Source: Gammaproteobacteria bacterium
Lineage (GTDB): Bacteria > Pseudomonadota > Gammaproteobacteria > Chromatiales > Chromatiaceae
DNA length: 64,000 nt
Reading direction: 5' to 3'
Assembly: GCA_037385505.1 (NCBI GenBank)
Contig: JARRMY010000001.1
Coordinates: 7,025 to 71,024, forward strand
Shown piece by piece: positions 18,451 through 28,690 of this stretch. The notes under the pieces are model-generated. The model worked only from the letters and a program-made list of their open reading frames with translations, had not been told where the DNA came from and ran no database searches. How positions within the stretch are numbered: the first letter of the stretch is position 1; every line of letters starts with the position of its first letter. Position numbers and translations under genes: made by a program.

Positions 18451-19263
18451 ATGACCATCATTGATTCTCATGAAATGGAGACGCTGATTGCCAGGATCAG
18501 GCAGGTTGCAAACCGGGAGTTGATGCCGCGTTTCATGCACGTCGAGCGTCAGCTCAAGCGGGACGGCAGCTTCGTCACCGAGGCGGATCTCGTCGTCCAG
18601 CAAGAGATGTCCACTTACCTCAAACGCCACTGGCCCGACATCCCGTTTCTCGGCGAAGAGATGTCGCCTGCACAACAGCGCGCCCTGCTGGAGTCGGAGA
18701 ACCCGATCTGGTGCCTCGACCCGCTCGACGGGACGACGAATTTCGTCGCCGACATCCCCTATTTCTGCATCTCGCTGTCGCTGATTGCGGGGGGCAGGGT
18801 GCTGACCGGCATCGTCTATGATCCGAACCGCGACGAGTGTTTCTCGGCACGCAGCGGCGAGGGTGCCTGGCTCAACGGCAGCATGATCGAACCGCAGCAA
18901 CAGAGAACATCGCTGACCAGGGCGACGGGGATGGTCGACTTCAAGCGTCTGCCCGAGGCGCTGTCGACACGTCTTGTCACCAGGACACCCTATGCCTCGC
19001 AGCGCAGTTTCGGTTCGGTCGCACTCGATCTCTGCTGGATCGCGGCCGGCCGGTGCGATCTCTACCTGCACGGGCGCTCGAACATCTGGGACTACGGAGC
19101 AGGCCTGCTGATCCTGCAGGAGAGCGGTGGCAGCAGCTGCACGCTCGAGGGCGAGGAGGTCTTCTCGCGCCATCTCGAACCGCGCTCGATCGTCGCGGCC
19201 GGGGAGATGCAGGTCTTCGCCGAGTGGTGCGACTGGCTGGGCGTCACACCACGAGTTCGCTGA
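18451..19263 (+). CDS. Inositol monophosphatase family protein
   Basis: 270 aa with the WCLDPLDGTTNF motif. Confidence 0.85.
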   Translation: MTIIDSHEMETLIARIRQVANRELMPRFMHVERQLKRDGSFVTEADLVVQQEMSTYLKRHWPDIPFLGEEMSPAQQRALLESENPIWCLDPLDGTTNFVADIPYFCISLSLIAGGRVLTGIVYDPNRDECFSARSGEGAWLNGSMIEPQQQRTSLTRATGMVDFKRLPEALSTRLVTRTPYASQRSFGSVALDLCWIAAGRCDLYLHGRSNIWDYGAGLLILQESGGSSCTLEGEEVFSRHLEPRSIVAAGEMQVFAEWCDWLGVTPRVR

Positions 19264-19972
19264 TTCCTTCTGGCGTCACCGAAAGCGCCATCCCCCTCTC
19301 CGGGTGCCATTCGCCCAGTACGATGCGCTCGCACATGCGTCCATCGAGCTCCAGGTGATGGATCGCCTGGCGATGGGTGTGTCCATGAATCAGGCGGCAG
19401 ACGCCGTGCTTGCGCATGACCTCTGCAACGGCTTCTGCATTCACGTCCATGATGTCGGCCGCCAGCAGTGAGGTCGCTTCGCCGCTCTTCTTGCGGTAGT
19501 CGGCTGCGATCATCGCCCGCTCCTCGAGGGGTTTCTGCAGGAACTCCGCCACGAATGCCGGATTGCGCAGGAACGCGCGCGCCTGCTGATAGGCGACGTC
19601 ATCCGTGCAGAGGGTGTCGCCATGCATCAGGAGCGTGGGGGTGCCATGCAAATCGGCGACATGCTCTTCCTCGATGAGGGTGCAGCCGCTCTGCGTGCAA
19701 AAAACCTCGCCGAGCAGAAAATCGCGGTTGCCGTGCTGCAGCAGGATGCGGGTGCCCGAATCCGCCAGGGATTTCAGTCCCGCGCGGATCTGCGCGTAGA
19801 GGGGCAGGTCGTTGTCGTCGCCGATCCAGGCATCGAACAGGTCGCCGAGTATGAACAGCCGGCTGGCCTGCGGCGCGCGCGACTCGAGGAACTCCAGGAA
19901 GCGCGCGGCTGTCGCCGGCTCTTCCGGCGACAGGTGGAGATCGGAGATCAGCAGGATTTCAGGCTTCGACAA
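19244..19972 (-). CDS. lpxH: UDP-2,3-diacylglucosamine hydrolase
   Basis: 242 aa with LLISDLHL and [11 protein letters not shown] calcineurin-like motifs. Sits downstream of ppiB, as in enterobacteria. Confidence 0.9.
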   Translation of the reverse strand: MSKPEILLISDLHLSPEEPATAARFLEFLESRAPQASRLFILGDLFDAWIGDDNDLPLYAQIRAGLKSLADSGTRILLQHGNRDFLLGEVFCTQSGCTLIEEEHVADLHGTPTLLMHGDTLCTDDVAYQQARAFLRNPAFVAEFLQKPLEERAMIAADYRKKSGEATSLLAADIMDVNAEAVAEVMRKHGVCRLIHGHTHRQAIHHLELDGRMCERIVLGEWHPERGMALSVTPEGISELVV

Positions 19973-20450
19973 CTTCTGCCTTCTCGATCACGATGGGCTC
20001 GACCGGCACATCGGAGTGGCCGGCGCGGTGCGTGGTTTCAACGCCCTTGATCTGCTTGACGACATCCATGCCATCGACGACCTTGCCGAAGACAGCATAG
20101 CCCCAGCCGTCCTGCCCGGGATAGTCGAGGAAACCGTTGTTGCTGACATTGATGAAGAACTGGGCCGTCGCCGAATGCGGGTCCATGGTGCGCGCCATGG
20201 CGATGGTGCCGGCTTCGTTCTTGAGGCCGTTTTTCGCCTCGTTCTCGATCGGCTCGCGCGTCGCCTTCTGCGCCATGTCCGGCGTGAAACCGCCGCCCTG
20301 GATCATGAAGTTGTTGATGACGCGGTGAAAAATGGTGCCGTCGTAGTGGCCGTCGGTGACGTACTGCTTGAAGTTGGCGCTGCTGAGCGGCGCTTTCTCT
20401 TCGTCGAGTTCGATGAGGATATCCCCCATGCTTGTTGTGAATTTGATCAT
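19959..20450 (-). CDS. ppiB: Peptidyl-prolyl cis-trans isomerase B (cytoplasmic cyclophilin)
   Basis: 163 aa with the cyclophilin motifs [15 protein letters not shown] and [17 protein letters not shown]. Confidence 0.9.
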   Translation of the reverse strand: MIKFTTSMGDILIELDEEKAPLSSANFKQYVTDGHYDGTIFHRVINNFMIQGGGFTPDMAQKATREPIENEAKNGLKNEAGTIAMARTMDPHSATAQFFINVSNNGFLDYPGQDGWGYAVFGKVVDGMDVVKQIKGVETTHRAGHSDVPVEPIVIEKAEVVEA

Positions 20451-20462
20451 GGTGTTTTCCTT

Positions 20463-21122
20463 TCAGTCTGTGAGTAGTGTTATGCGCTCGATGACGACCA
20501 TCTCTTGCGGCGCATCTTTCCTGAACGGTCCTCCGGGACCGGTTTTCGTCGTTGCGATGGCATCGACCACGTCCATCCCGTCGACGACCTGGCCGAAGAC
20601 GGCATAGCCCCAGCCCGCGCCCTTGTTACGGTGATCGAGGGCGGGATTGTCCTTGTGGTTGATGAAAAACTGCGCCGTTGCCGAGTGCGGATCCATGGTG
20701 CGCGCCATGGCGATGGTGCCGCGCTTGTTACCCAGGCCGTTGTCGGCCTCGTTGGGCACGGGATCGCGCGTCTCCCGCTTGTTGTACTCCTTGTCATAAC
20801 CGCCGCCCTGGATCATGAAGTTATTGATCACGCGGTGAAAAATGGTGCCTTCGTAGAAACCGTCCTCGACGTATTGCAGGAAGTTTTCCACGGTTTTCGG
20901 CGATTTTTCCGGGAAGAGTTCCAGCGTGATATCGCCCCTGGTCGTCACGATGACGACGCGGTTTGCCGTTTGCGGTGCGGCCGTTCGGGCGGGTGCGGAT
21001 GCGACGGGGGCGTCCTGGGCCTGAGCGGGTTCGGGGGAAGGCGTACCGCCTCCGGCGGTTTCGGCATTGGCGACACCGCCCGACAGCAGGAACAGGAGTG
21101 CAAAGAGTGCTTTTTTCATCAT
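20463..21122 (-). CDS. ppiA: Peptidyl-prolyl cis-trans isomerase A (periplasmic cyclophilin)
   Basis: The start at 21122 (MMKKALFALLFLLSGGVANA) gives a signal peptide plus a cyclophilin domain. The rest of the 500-aa ORF is antisense to cysS and is discounted. Confidence 0.85.
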   Translation of the reverse strand: MMKKALFALLFLLSGGVANAETAGGGTPSPEPAQAQDAPVASAPARTAAPQTANRVVIVTTRGDITLELFPEKSPKTVENFLQYVEDGFYEGTIFHRVINNFMIQGGGYDKEYNKRETRDPVPNEADNGLGNKRGTIAMARTMDPHSATAQFFINHKDNPALDHRNKGAGWGYAVFGQVVDGMDVVDAIATTKTGPGGPFRKDAPQEMVVIERITLLTD

Positions 21123-21197
21123 CTTCTCCAAAAACAGGGTCGAAAATAATACACTATCAGCCTTCGTGATTTTCCCCGGATTTTGAGCGAGACATTC

Positions 21198-22583
21198 ATG
21201 CTGGTAATCCACAACGACCTGACCGGAAAGAAAGAGGAGTTCGTCCCGATCGAACCTGGCAAGGTGAGCATGTACGTGTGCGGCATGACCGTCTACGATC
21301 TGTGCCATCTCGGCCATGCGCGCGTCATGGTCGTCTTCGACGTCGTCTTCCGTTTTCTGAAAGCGCTCGGCTACGACGTCACCTATGTCCGCAACATCAC
21401 GGACATCGACGACAAGATCATCAACAGGGCCAACGAGAATGGCGAGCCCTTCATGGAGCTGACGAACCGCTTCATCAGCGCGATGCATGAGGATTCCGCG
21501 GCGCTCGGTGTCGAGTCGCCGTCTGAAGAGCCGCGCGCCACCGACTACATGCAGCGCATCATCACGATGATTGAGACGCTCATCGTCCGCGGCCACGCCT
21601 ACGAGGCTGATAACGGCGATGTCTACTATGCCGTCGACAGCTTCCCCGACTATGGCAAGCTCTCCGGCAAGTCCATCGAAGACCTGCGCGCCGGCGCGCG
21701 CGTGGAGCCCGGCGAGGGCAAGCGCGACCCGATGGATTTCGCGCTCTGGAAGGCAGCCAAGCCCGGCGAGCCGGCCTGGGATTCGCCCTGGGGCCGCGGC
21801 CGCCCCGGCTGGCATATCGAGTGCTCTGCGATGTCGACGGACCTGCTCGGCAACCATTTCGACATCCACGGCGGTGGCGCGGACCTGAGTTTCCCGCATC
21901 ACGAGAACGAGATCGCCCAGTCCGAGGGCTGCACGGGCGAGACCTTCGTCAACTACTGGATGCACAACGGCTTCGTGCGCATCAACGACGAGAAGATGTC
22001 GAAATCACTCGGCAACTTTTTCACGGTGCGCGAGATACTGCAGCACTACCGGGCCGAAGAGGTGCGTTATTTCATCCTCACGAGCCAGTACCGCAGTCCG
22101 CTGAACTATGACGAGGAACACCTGCAGAATGCACGCGGGGCATTGACGCGTTTCTACACGTCGCTGCGCGGCATGCCCGCCGGCAACAAGCCTGCCGGCG
22201 GCGAGGAACATGTCGAGAACTTCATGCGCGCCATGAAGGACGACTTCAATACGCCCGAGGCACTGGCTGCGATGTTCGAGCTGGCACGCGATCTCAACAA
22301 GGCCCGCGACGAGGATCCGGGCAAGGCGGCCGGCCTGGCGGCGCAACTCAGGTATCTCGGCGGTATTCTCGGGATCCTGCAGGATGATCCGGAAGCCTGG
22401 CTCAAGGGCGGGGTTTCCCAAGCGGGACCATCCGACGAGGAGATCGAGGCCATGATCGAACAACGCATCCAGGCGCGTGCCGCCAGGAACTGGGCCGAGG
22501 CCGATCGCATTCGCGACGAACTCGACGCCCTTGGCATCGTTCTCGAGGACGGTGCCGGCGGCACGAGCTGGCGGCGCAGCTGA
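21198..22583 (+). CDS. cysS: Cysteine--tRNA ligase
   Basis: The ATG at 21198 gives [19 protein letters not shown]-type motif [15 protein letters not shown] and KMSKS motif. Confidence 0.95.
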   Translation: MLVIHNDLTGKKEEFVPIEPGKVSMYVCGMTVYDLCHLGHARVMVVFDVVFRFLKALGYDVTYVRNITDIDDKIINRANENGEPFMELTNRFISAMHEDSAALGVESPSEEPRATDYMQRIITMIETLIVRGHAYEADNGDVYYAVDSFPDYGKLSGKSIEDLRAGARVEPGEGKRDPMDFALWKAAKPGEPAWDSPWGRGRPGWHIECSAMSTDLLGNHFDIHGGGADLSFPHHENEIAQSEGCTGETFVNYWMHNGFVRINDEKMSKSLGNFFTVREILQHYRAEEVRYFILTSQYRSPLNYDEEHLQNARGALTRFYTSLRGMPAGNKPAGGEEHVENFMRAMKDDFNTPEALAAMFELARDLNKARDEDPGKAAGLAAQLRYLGGILGILQDDPEAWLKGGVSQAGPSDEEIEAMIEQRIQARAARNWAEADRIRDELDALGIVLEDGAGGTSWRRS

Positions 22584-22623
22584 TGCGCCCGGGTATGCAA
22601 CCAGGAACGAACCAGAGACCTTC

Positions 22624-23841
22624 ATGAGCCCATTCATGCGCCATAACACACACACTGTCCGTATCGGCAATGTCCTGATGGGCAGCGAGCACCCTGTCGT
22701 CGTGCAGTCGATGACGAACACCGCGACCGAGAACGTCGAGGCGACCGTCCGCCAGGTTGCTGAACTCCATCGCGCGGGCTCCGAGCTCGTGCGTATCACG
22801 GTCAATACGGAGGAGGCTGCCAGGGCGGTGCCAGCGATCCGCGAGGGGCTGGAGAGGCTCAATCTCGACGTGCCGCTGGTCGGCGACTTCCACTTCAACG
22901 GCCATCGCTTGCTGACCGACTACCCGGAATGCGCCGAGGCGCTGGCCAAGTACCGCATCAATCCGGGCAACGTCGGCAGCGGGGAGAAGAAGGACGCCCA
23001 GTTCGCGGCCATGATCGAAACCGCCATGCGCTACGACAAGCCGGTGCGTATCGGCGTCAACTGGGGCAGCCTCGACAAGCAGCTCGTGGTGCGCATGATG
23101 GACGAGAACTCGAGGCTCGCGGAACCGAAGGAGGCCGAACTCGTCACGCGCGACATCATGGTCGTCTCCGCGCTCGAGAGTGCGAAACGCGCCGAAGAGC
23201 TCGGCATGCCGCCCGACAGGATCGTCATCTCGTGCAAGATGAGCGGGGTCCAGGACCTGATCGGCGTCTACCAGGAACTCTCCAGGCAGTGCAACTACGC
23301 TCTGCATCTCGGCCTGACCGAGGCCGGCATGGGCTCGCGTGGCATCGTTGCCTCGACAGCGGCGCTGGCGGTCCTGCTGCAGCAGGGCATCGGCGACACC
23401 ATCCGCATCTCGCTGACGCCGGAACCGGGACAGCCGCGCACCCGGGAGGTCGAGGTGGCGCAGCAGATCCTGCAGTGCATGGGGTTCCGTTCGTTCGCAC
23501 CCATGGTGATCGCCTGTCCCGGTTGCGGACGCACGACGAGCACCTATTTCCAGGAGCTGGCCAAACAGATCGAGGACTACCTCAAGCTCAAGATGCCCGA
23601 GTGGCGCGAGAAGCACCCCGGCGTCGAGGAGATGAACGTTGCCGTCATGGGATGCATCGTCAACGGTCCGGGCGAGTCCAAGCATGCCAACATCGGTATC
23701 AGCCTGCCCGGCACCGGCGAATCGCCGGCCGCGCCCGTCTTCATCGACGGCAAGAAATTCAAGACCCTCAAGGGCGAGCATATCGCCGAGGAGTTCAAGG
23801 CGATTCTCGACGACTATGTCGAGACGACTTACCGGGCCTGA
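22624..23841 (+). CDS. ispG: 4-hydroxy-3-methylbut-2-en-1-yl diphosphate synthase
   Basis: The ATG at 22624 gives ...[22 protein letters not shown], with C-terminal CPGCGRT and NGPGE motifs. Confidence 0.95.
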   Translation: MSPFMRHNTHTVRIGNVLMGSEHPVVVQSMTNTATENVEATVRQVAELHRAGSELVRITVNTEEAARAVPAIREGLERLNLDVPLVGDFHFNGHRLLTDYPECAEALAKYRINPGNVGSGEKKDAQFAAMIETAMRYDKPVRIGVNWGSLDKQLVVRMMDENSRLAEPKEAELVTRDIMVVSALESAKRAEELGMPPDRIVISCKMSGVQDLIGVYQELSRQCNYALHLGLTEAGMGSRGIVASTAALAVLLQQGIGDTIRISLTPEPGQPRTREVEVAQQILQCMGFRSFAPMVIACPGCGRTTSTYFQELAKQIEDYLKLKMPEWREKHPGVEEMNVAVMGCIVNGPGESKHANIGISLPGTGESPAAPVFIDGKKFKTLKGEHIAEEFKAILDDYVETTYRA

Positions 23842-23935
23842 ATCCCAACCGGCCCCGGCGCAGAGTGAGCGCAACGTCTGCCAGGGCGAGGGTCAGAGTG
23901 AGGCGTTCAATCGTGCAGACGCAGCTTCCCGATTC

Positions 23936-24460
23936 ATGAGCAGGCCGGTTTCCGATCCAAATCTGCTGACGAGCTTCCCGCCCGTTGTCGGCGACAGGCC
24001 GCACACACTGATCCTGGGCTCCATGCCGGGCGAGCGTTCCCTGCGGGAACAGCGTTACTACGCCTTTCCGCAAAACAGCTTCTGGCCAATCATGGCGCAA
24101 ATCTGCGGTTTTGCTCCCGAGTCCGGTTATGCCGGCAGGCTCAATGCCCTCAAAGCCGCCGGCTTCGCGCTCTGGGACGTGCTGCAGCATTGCGAACGCC
24201 ACGGGAGTCTCGACAGCGCGATTACTGCCGATACGGAAATACCAAATAAAATCATAGAGCTACTTGATAAACATAAAACAATAGACAGGATCTGTTTCAA
24301 TGGCGCCAGGGCCGAAACCAGCTTCCGGCGCCATCTGCTGCGGGACCTGCCGGGTCGGCGGGCATTCACGCTGATCCGGCTGCCCTCGACGAGTCCCGCC
24401 TACGCCAGCATGCGTTTCGAAGAGAAGCTCGAGGTATGGCGGGAATCGCTGCTGCGTTGA
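23936..24460 (+). CDS. DNA-deoxyinosine (hypoxanthine) glycosylase, UDG superfamily
   Basis: The ATG at 23936 gives LILGSMPGERSLREQRYYAFPQNSFWPIM, typical of family-6 UDG. Confidence 0.65.
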   Translation: MSRPVSDPNLLTSFPPVVGDRPHTLILGSMPGERSLREQRYYAFPQNSFWPIMAQICGFAPESGYAGRLNALKAAGFALWDVLQHCERHGSLDSAITADTEIPNKIIELLDKHKTIDRICFNGARAETSFRRHLLRDLPGRRAFTLIRLPSTSPAYASMRFEEKLEVWRESLLR

Positions 24461-24613
24461 GGTCGTTTTCGGGATCCTGCGTGACCTGCGCCCGGTGCCG
24501 GATGACAGGCAATTTCACTACTTTCAGCTGCATCAACAACCGGACGCAGTGCAGCAATCTGGACGCTGGCTGCGCGAATCACGCCAAAAGCCGCACGAGA
24601 GGGCGCAAACCCC

Positions 24614-24641
24614 TTGATTTTCGTGCCGATTTCGCTAGAAT
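24614..24641 (+). promoter_or_regulatory. Candidate sigma70 promoter of rpsF operon
   Basis: TTGATT (24614-24619), 16-nt spacer, TAGAAT (24636-24641). Leaves a 5' leader of about 80 nt. Confidence 0.5.
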
Positions 24642-24724
24642 GCCGCGTTCTTGCGGTCGCTTTCGGCCGCAGTTCCTTGCTTCACCGCCTAAGCGGGAGG
24701 CTGTTTATTCCACAAGGAGCAACA

Positions 24725-25108
24725 ATGCGACACTATGAAATTGTGTTTCTGGTCCACCCTGACCAGAGTGAGCAGGTGTCCGCGATGGTCGAGCGCTATC
24801 GCAAGGGCATCGAAGAGAAGGGCGGCCAGATCCATCGCCTCGAGGACTGGGGCCGCCGCCAGCTGGCCTATCCCATCAACAAGATTCACAAGGCGCACTA
24901 CGTGCTGATGAACATCGAATGCGGTGCCGATGCCCTCGAGGATCTCGAGAGTGCTTTCCGCTTCAATGACGCCATCCTGCGTTTCATGACCATCCGCCGC
25001 GACGAAGCCGTCACCGGACCGTCCCATCTGGTCAAGAAAGAGGAGAAGGAAGAGCGCGCGCCCGCCGCTTCCGATGATTCCAAAAAAGCGTCTCAAGACG
25101 CAGCCTGA
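24725..25108 (+). CDS. rpsF: 30S ribosomal protein S6
   Basis: [18 protein letters not shown] with an acidic C-terminal tail. Confidence 0.97.
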   Translation: MRHYEIVFLVHPDQSEQVSAMVERYRKGIEEKGGQIHRLEDWGRRQLAYPINKIHKAHYVLMNIECGADALEDLESAFRFNDAILRFMTIRRDEAVTGPSHLVKKEEKEERAPAASDDSKKASQDAA

Positions 25109-25124
25109 TTGAGAGGAGAGCCAG

Positions 25125-25349
25125 ATGTCACGTTATTTCCGCCGCAGAAGATACTGCCGTTTCACCGCCGAGGGCGTCACCGAGATCGACTACAAGGACC
25201 TCGATACCCTGAAGCAGTACATCAGCGAAAACGGCAAGATTGTCCCGAGCCGCATCACTGGCACCAAGGCCAGGTACCAGCGCCAGCTCGCTACCGCCAT
25301 CAAGCGCGCCCGTTATCTGGCGCTGCTGCCTTACACCGACCAGCACTGA
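25125..25349 (+). CDS. rpsR: 30S ribosomal protein S18
   Basis: 74 aa with [40 protein letters not shown]. Confidence 0.97.
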   Translation: MSRYFRRRRYCRFTAEGVTEIDYKDLDTLKQYISENGKIVPSRITGTKARYQRQLATAIKRARYLALLPYTDQH

Positions 25350-25362
25350 TTGGAGCGTCAAG

Positions 25363-25812
25363 ATGGAAGTTATTCTGCTAGATAACATCGCCAACCTCGG
25401 CGGTCTGGGTGACAAGGTCACCGTCAAGGCCGGCTATGGCCGCAACTTCCTGGTCCCCCAGGGACTTGCGCTGCCGGCAACCAGGTCCAACATCGAGGCG
25501 TTCGAGGCACGCCGCGCCGAACTCGAGGAGCAGGCTGCCGAGCGTCTTGCCGCCGCGGAACAACGCAAGGCGAAGATCGACGGCTCCACCGTCACCATCT
25601 CGCGCAAGGCTGGCGACGAAGGCAAGCTCTTCGGTTCTGTCGGCACCGCCGATATCGCCGAGGCCCTGACGGCCGCTGGCATGGACGTCGACAAGGCTGA
25701 AGTCCGCCTGCCCGAGGGCGTCTTCCGTGCAACGGGCGACTATGATGTCGTGATCCACCTGCATGCCGATGTCGATGCCAGCATCACGGTCAGCGTTGTC
25801 GCCGAAGAGTGA
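25363..25812 (+). CDS. rplI: 50S ribosomal protein L9
   Basis: The ATG at 25363 gives [34 protein letters not shown]. Confidence 0.97.
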   Translation: MEVILLDNIANLGGLGDKVTVKAGYGRNFLVPQGLALPATRSNIEAFEARRAELEEQAAERLAAAEQRKAKIDGSTVTISRKAGDEGKLFGSVGTADIAEALTAAGMDVDKAEVRLPEGVFRATGDYDVVIHLHADVDASITVSVVAEE

Positions 25813-25837
25813 AGCGGTCGTCATGCCGGTCTGAATG

Positions 25838-25865
25838 AAAAAGGCGCCCGCGTGGCGCCTTTTTT
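25838..25865 (+). terminator. Rho-independent terminator of rpsF-rpsR-rplI
   Basis: AAAAAGGCGCC-cgcgt-GGCGCCTTTTTT. Confidence 0.8.
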
Positions 25866-25931
25866 CGTGGTGGGGGTTGCCCTTCGCCTCTCTATGCGCC
25901 TCAGGACTCACGGTCAGGATGGCAGACCATG

Positions 25932-25952
25932 AAAAAAGCCGGCGATGCCGGC
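25932..25952 (-). terminator. Rho-independent terminator (minus-strand orientation)
   Basis: GCCGGC-gat-GCCGGC preceded on the plus strand by AAAAAA, which is a U-run on the minus strand. Lies 17 nt after the stop of the 25969-26157 gene. Confidence 0.65.
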
Positions 25953-25968
25953 TCTGTGAAAGGGCTTG

Positions 25969-26157
25969 TCATCCTCCGGCTGTTCGCTTGAGGATGTCAT
26001 GCTTGTAGGTGCATCGAAAGCCGACGTAGCCTGATGGTTTTTCTTCCATCATCCTGTCGACGAGTTCATCCACCCAGAGGCCTCCTGCGCCATGGATACG
26101 GCGTCGTGGGAGCGCCTGGTTGTTATTCTGTTTTTTCTTTGTTGCCGTGAGAGGCAT
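25969..26157 (-). CDS. Small basic hypothetical protein (62 aa)
   Basis: The ATG at 26157 is preceded by GGAGGA with a 7-nt spacer. MPLTATKKKQNNNQALPRRRIHG.... Has its own terminator. Confidence 0.5.
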   Translation of the reverse strand: MPLTATKKKQNNNQALPRRRIHGAGGLWVDELVDRMMEEKPSGYVGFRCTYKHDILKRTAGG

Positions 26158-26423
26158 TCCGGTTTCCTCCTTCGTCAAAAAATGCCCATCTGCGTGGGCT
26201 TGTATCGTTAGTTAAAGCACGTTTCTCAACCAAGCTAACGTGAATATGGTCTAACTCATTGCTTCTTCGTTATTCTGGATTCCGTGTCTTGCTTTTGACC
26301 GCCGACGAAGAATAGTCCAAAGAATTGCGAATTGCCAATGTTCATGATTGAAATTTTCAAAGGAGCCTGGACGCCTGAACGATCTCTCCAAAAGAGAGCT
26401 TGTCCGGGTGGGTTCCAGTGCTG

Positions 26424-27551
26424 TTATCGTTGGCCTGGCGTACCGGCGTCCTGCAATCTCGACATGAGGTACTCCTGCACGGCCGCCGCATTGCCGCTGA
26501 AGACGATTTTTTTGCTCTTCTTGCCGATCTGGTAGTCGTACATGGGATCATAGTAGTCAACCAGCAGATCGCGGATCCATGCCTTGTGCTGCTGCATTTC
26601 TCCCGTTTCACGGTGCTGCTGCATGGCCGCTGTGATCTCCTCGCCAAGCTTCTTGTGACGCACGCCACCAAGACGTCTGCGGATGCGCCCGAAGCCACGC
26701 ATGACGTAGTCGTGCCAGGAGTGGAACGCATTCTCCGGACCGTGCACAGCGGCGAAGTCGGCGAGCGCATCGACGACGTATTCCTGCCACGTGATCTCGG
26801 TGCGTTCCTCGATGTCGGCCTCGAGTATGACGAAATCGCCCGCCTTGAAGCGCTCGAACAGCGGCAGCGGCAGGTGCACGGAGCCGATGTTCTGGCCTTC
26901 GTCCTCGATGATCAGGGGCGGGTTGCCGCGAGCGCGGTGTTTCAGCAAGGCGATGGAGAGCGCGTTCTCGAAGTCGATCTGCGTCGGCTGCGGAATGGCA
27001 TAATGGCCGAAGGCCGAACCACGGTGGCGCGCCAGTCCCTCGAGATCGATGGTATTCGGCAGCCTGTTCAGGAGCAGGGTCTTGCCCGCGCCCGTGCGTC
27101 CGCCGATCACGAGGGTGTTGACCTCGGCGGCTGCAGCCTCGAGCTCATCGATCAGGAAGCGCCGCAACGCCTTGTAGCCGCCTTCGACACGCGGGTATTC
27201 CATGCCCGTGCGCTCCCTGAGCCACTGCTGGGTCAGCTTCGAGCGCATGCCGCCACGGAAGCAGTAGAGCACGCCGCCAGGGTGCTGTTCGAAAAACCGC
27301 GCCCAGCGATCGATGCGCTCGCTGCGAAGTTCCTCCGTGACCAGTTCCGCGCCGAGTTCGACGGCGGCATCCTGGCCCATCTCCTTGTAGCGAATGCCGA
27401 TCCGGTGACGCTCGTCGTCGTTGATGATGGCGACATTCTCGGAGCGCGGAAAGGCGCCCCGCGAGAATTCGACCGGCGCACGCACGTCGAGCATCGGCAC
27501 GTCCTCCAGGAAGAGGCGCCGGTAGTCGTTCGTGGTCGGCAGCTCGCTCAT
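26424..27551 (-). CDS. selU: tRNA 2-selenouridine synthase
   Basis: 375 aa with an N-terminal rhodanese-like part (MLDVRAPVEFSRGAFP) and the P-loop GGRTGAGKT. Confidence 0.85.
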   Translation of the reverse strand: MSELPTTNDYRRLFLEDVPMLDVRAPVEFSRGAFPRSENVAIINDDERHRIGIRYKEMGQDAAVELGAELVTEELRSERIDRWARFFEQHPGGVLYCFRGGMRSKLTQQWLRERTGMEYPRVEGGYKALRRFLIDELEAAAAEVNTLVIGGRTGAGKTLLLNRLPNTIDLEGLARHRGSAFGHYAIPQPTQIDFENALSIALLKHRARGNPPLIIEDEGQNIGSVHLPLPLFERFKAGDFVILEADIEERTEITWQEYVVDALADFAAVHGPENAFHSWHDYVMRGFGRIRRRLGGVRHKKLGEEITAAMQQHRETGEMQQHKAWIRDLLVDYYDPMYDYQIGKKSKKIVFSGNAAAVQEYLMSRLQDAGTPGQR

Positions 27552-27666
27552 CGCACCTCGGCCAGGGTGTCACCGTGGATACCAGCGCTGCGCGCCATCT
27601 TGCAGCCGCGACCGGAGCCGTGGCCGTATCGGGTCAGGCGGAGAGGGGCAGACGTCATCTCCTGTG

Positions 27667-28044
27667 TCACTCCGTGGTGGGCGTGGCGCCCAGTTTACGG
27701 GCGATCTCCACGATCTGCTCGTCACCCGGATACTCTGCGGGATGTGTCTCCAGCCAGGCTTTCCAGGGTTGATAATGCGGGTGCAGGGCCGGATCCGTAT
27801 TCTGGCAGCCGAGAACGCGCACCGAGGCAAGCGTTTTACCGGAATCGTCCGTGACTTTCCAGGGGCCTTCGCCCGTGAGCGTGCCGCGCACCAGGTGCGC
27901 GGCCTCGTCCGGGGTCGAGAGATTCCAGAAGAGATCCAGGTAGAGCAGGCCCAGTGGATGCGGGAAACAGTGCGCGGCCACCAGCTCGCTGCCGTCGTCG
28001 AAGCGGATGACCAGCGGTGCCCGCATCTCGTCGATGTTCGCCAT
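27667..28044 (-). CDS. Hypothetical protein (125 aa)
   Basis: The ATG at 28044 gives MANIDEMRAPLVIRFDDGSEL. Lies 8 nt after the upstream gene. The remainder of the 424-aa ORF overlaps that gene out of frame and is discounted. Confidence 0.5.
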   Translation of the reverse strand: MANIDEMRAPLVIRFDDGSELVAAHCFPHPLGLLYLDLFWNLSTPDEAAHLVRGTLTGEGPWKVTDDSGKTLASVRVLGCQNTDPALHPHYQPWKAWLETHPAEYPGDEQIVEIARKLGATPTTE

Positions 28045-28052
28045 CTTCCGCT

Positions 28053-28625
28053 TCAGTGGGCGAGTTCGCGCATCTTCGCGAGGACGGCCTGTTCGCGCTG
28101 CGTCTCCGCCTGCTCCTGATCCTTGACCTGGATGGCGGTCTCCCACTCGCCGGTTTCGCCATTGAGCAGCGAAAAGCTGTAGACGCGCCCCTGCTTGAAT
28201 ACCTTCGAGACCTGCTTCTCGGCGGCCTCGCGCAACGCGGGATCCATTCCGAACGGGTCGTCGAGCATCGGCGGCATGCCGAAACTGACTGGCGATGCGC
28301 CTTCCTTGTAGCGAATCTCGGTCGTCGTCATGTCGCCCGAGGTATCCATGTCGATGAGGTCGATGTTCGGCGCACGCGACAGGATATAGGCCGCCATCAT
28401 GCGGCCGAGGTTCTCGTTCCCGGTCTCGAGCGCGGTCAGCAGCTTGTTGGCGACCGCCTGCAGCCGCTGGATCTTGTCGGGATTTTCCACCCAGGTGCGG
28501 CTCATCTGAATGCCCGCATCCATGTCGGCGTCCATCTTGTCGAAAAAGTCGGTCGCCTCCTCGATCAGTTGATCGGGAACATTGAGCGTGTAGAGCTCCT
28601 CTTCGATAATGACTTTGAGTTCCAT
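28053..28625 (-). CDS. Acidic hypothetical protein (190 aa)
   Basis: A clean ORF with normal composition (MELKVIIEEELYTLNVPDQLIEE...). I recognise no motif. Confidence 0.55.
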   Translation of the reverse strand: MELKVIIEEELYTLNVPDQLIEEATDFFDKMDADMDAGIQMSRTWVENPDKIQRLQAVANKLLTALETGNENLGRMMAAYILSRAPNIDLIDMDTSGDMTTTEIRYKEGASPVSFGMPPMLDDPFGMDPALREAAEKQVSKVFKQGRVYSFSLLNGETGEWETAIQVKDQEQAETQREQAVLAKMRELAH

Positions 28626-28690
28626 GGTCTGGTGTCTGTCTGCAATTTTTGTGACATTCTAACGGATATCCCCCTCTATCGGAGAATCGA

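Noticed and set aside
19244-19263. Convergent 3'-end overlaps: IMPase-family gene with lpxH (20 nt), and the AI-2E transporter with hda at 55264-55297 (34 nt).
   Set aside because: Short convergent overlaps are common in compact high-GC genomes, and no associated structure was seen.
20463-21965. N-terminal extensions of several track ORFs: 20463-21965, 16903-18330, 27667-28941, 30160-31176, 62090-63925, 7205-8452 and 35200-36270.
   Set aside because: The extended parts overlap neighbouring well-supported genes in other frames or strands. Internal starts with signal peptides, SD sequences or stop/start overlaps give proteins of normal family length.
25109-25124. Absence of priB between rpsF and rpsR.
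   Set aside because: The enterobacterial rpsF-priB-rpsR-rplI order is not universal. Many gammaproteobacteria lack priB at this position, so this is not anomalous.
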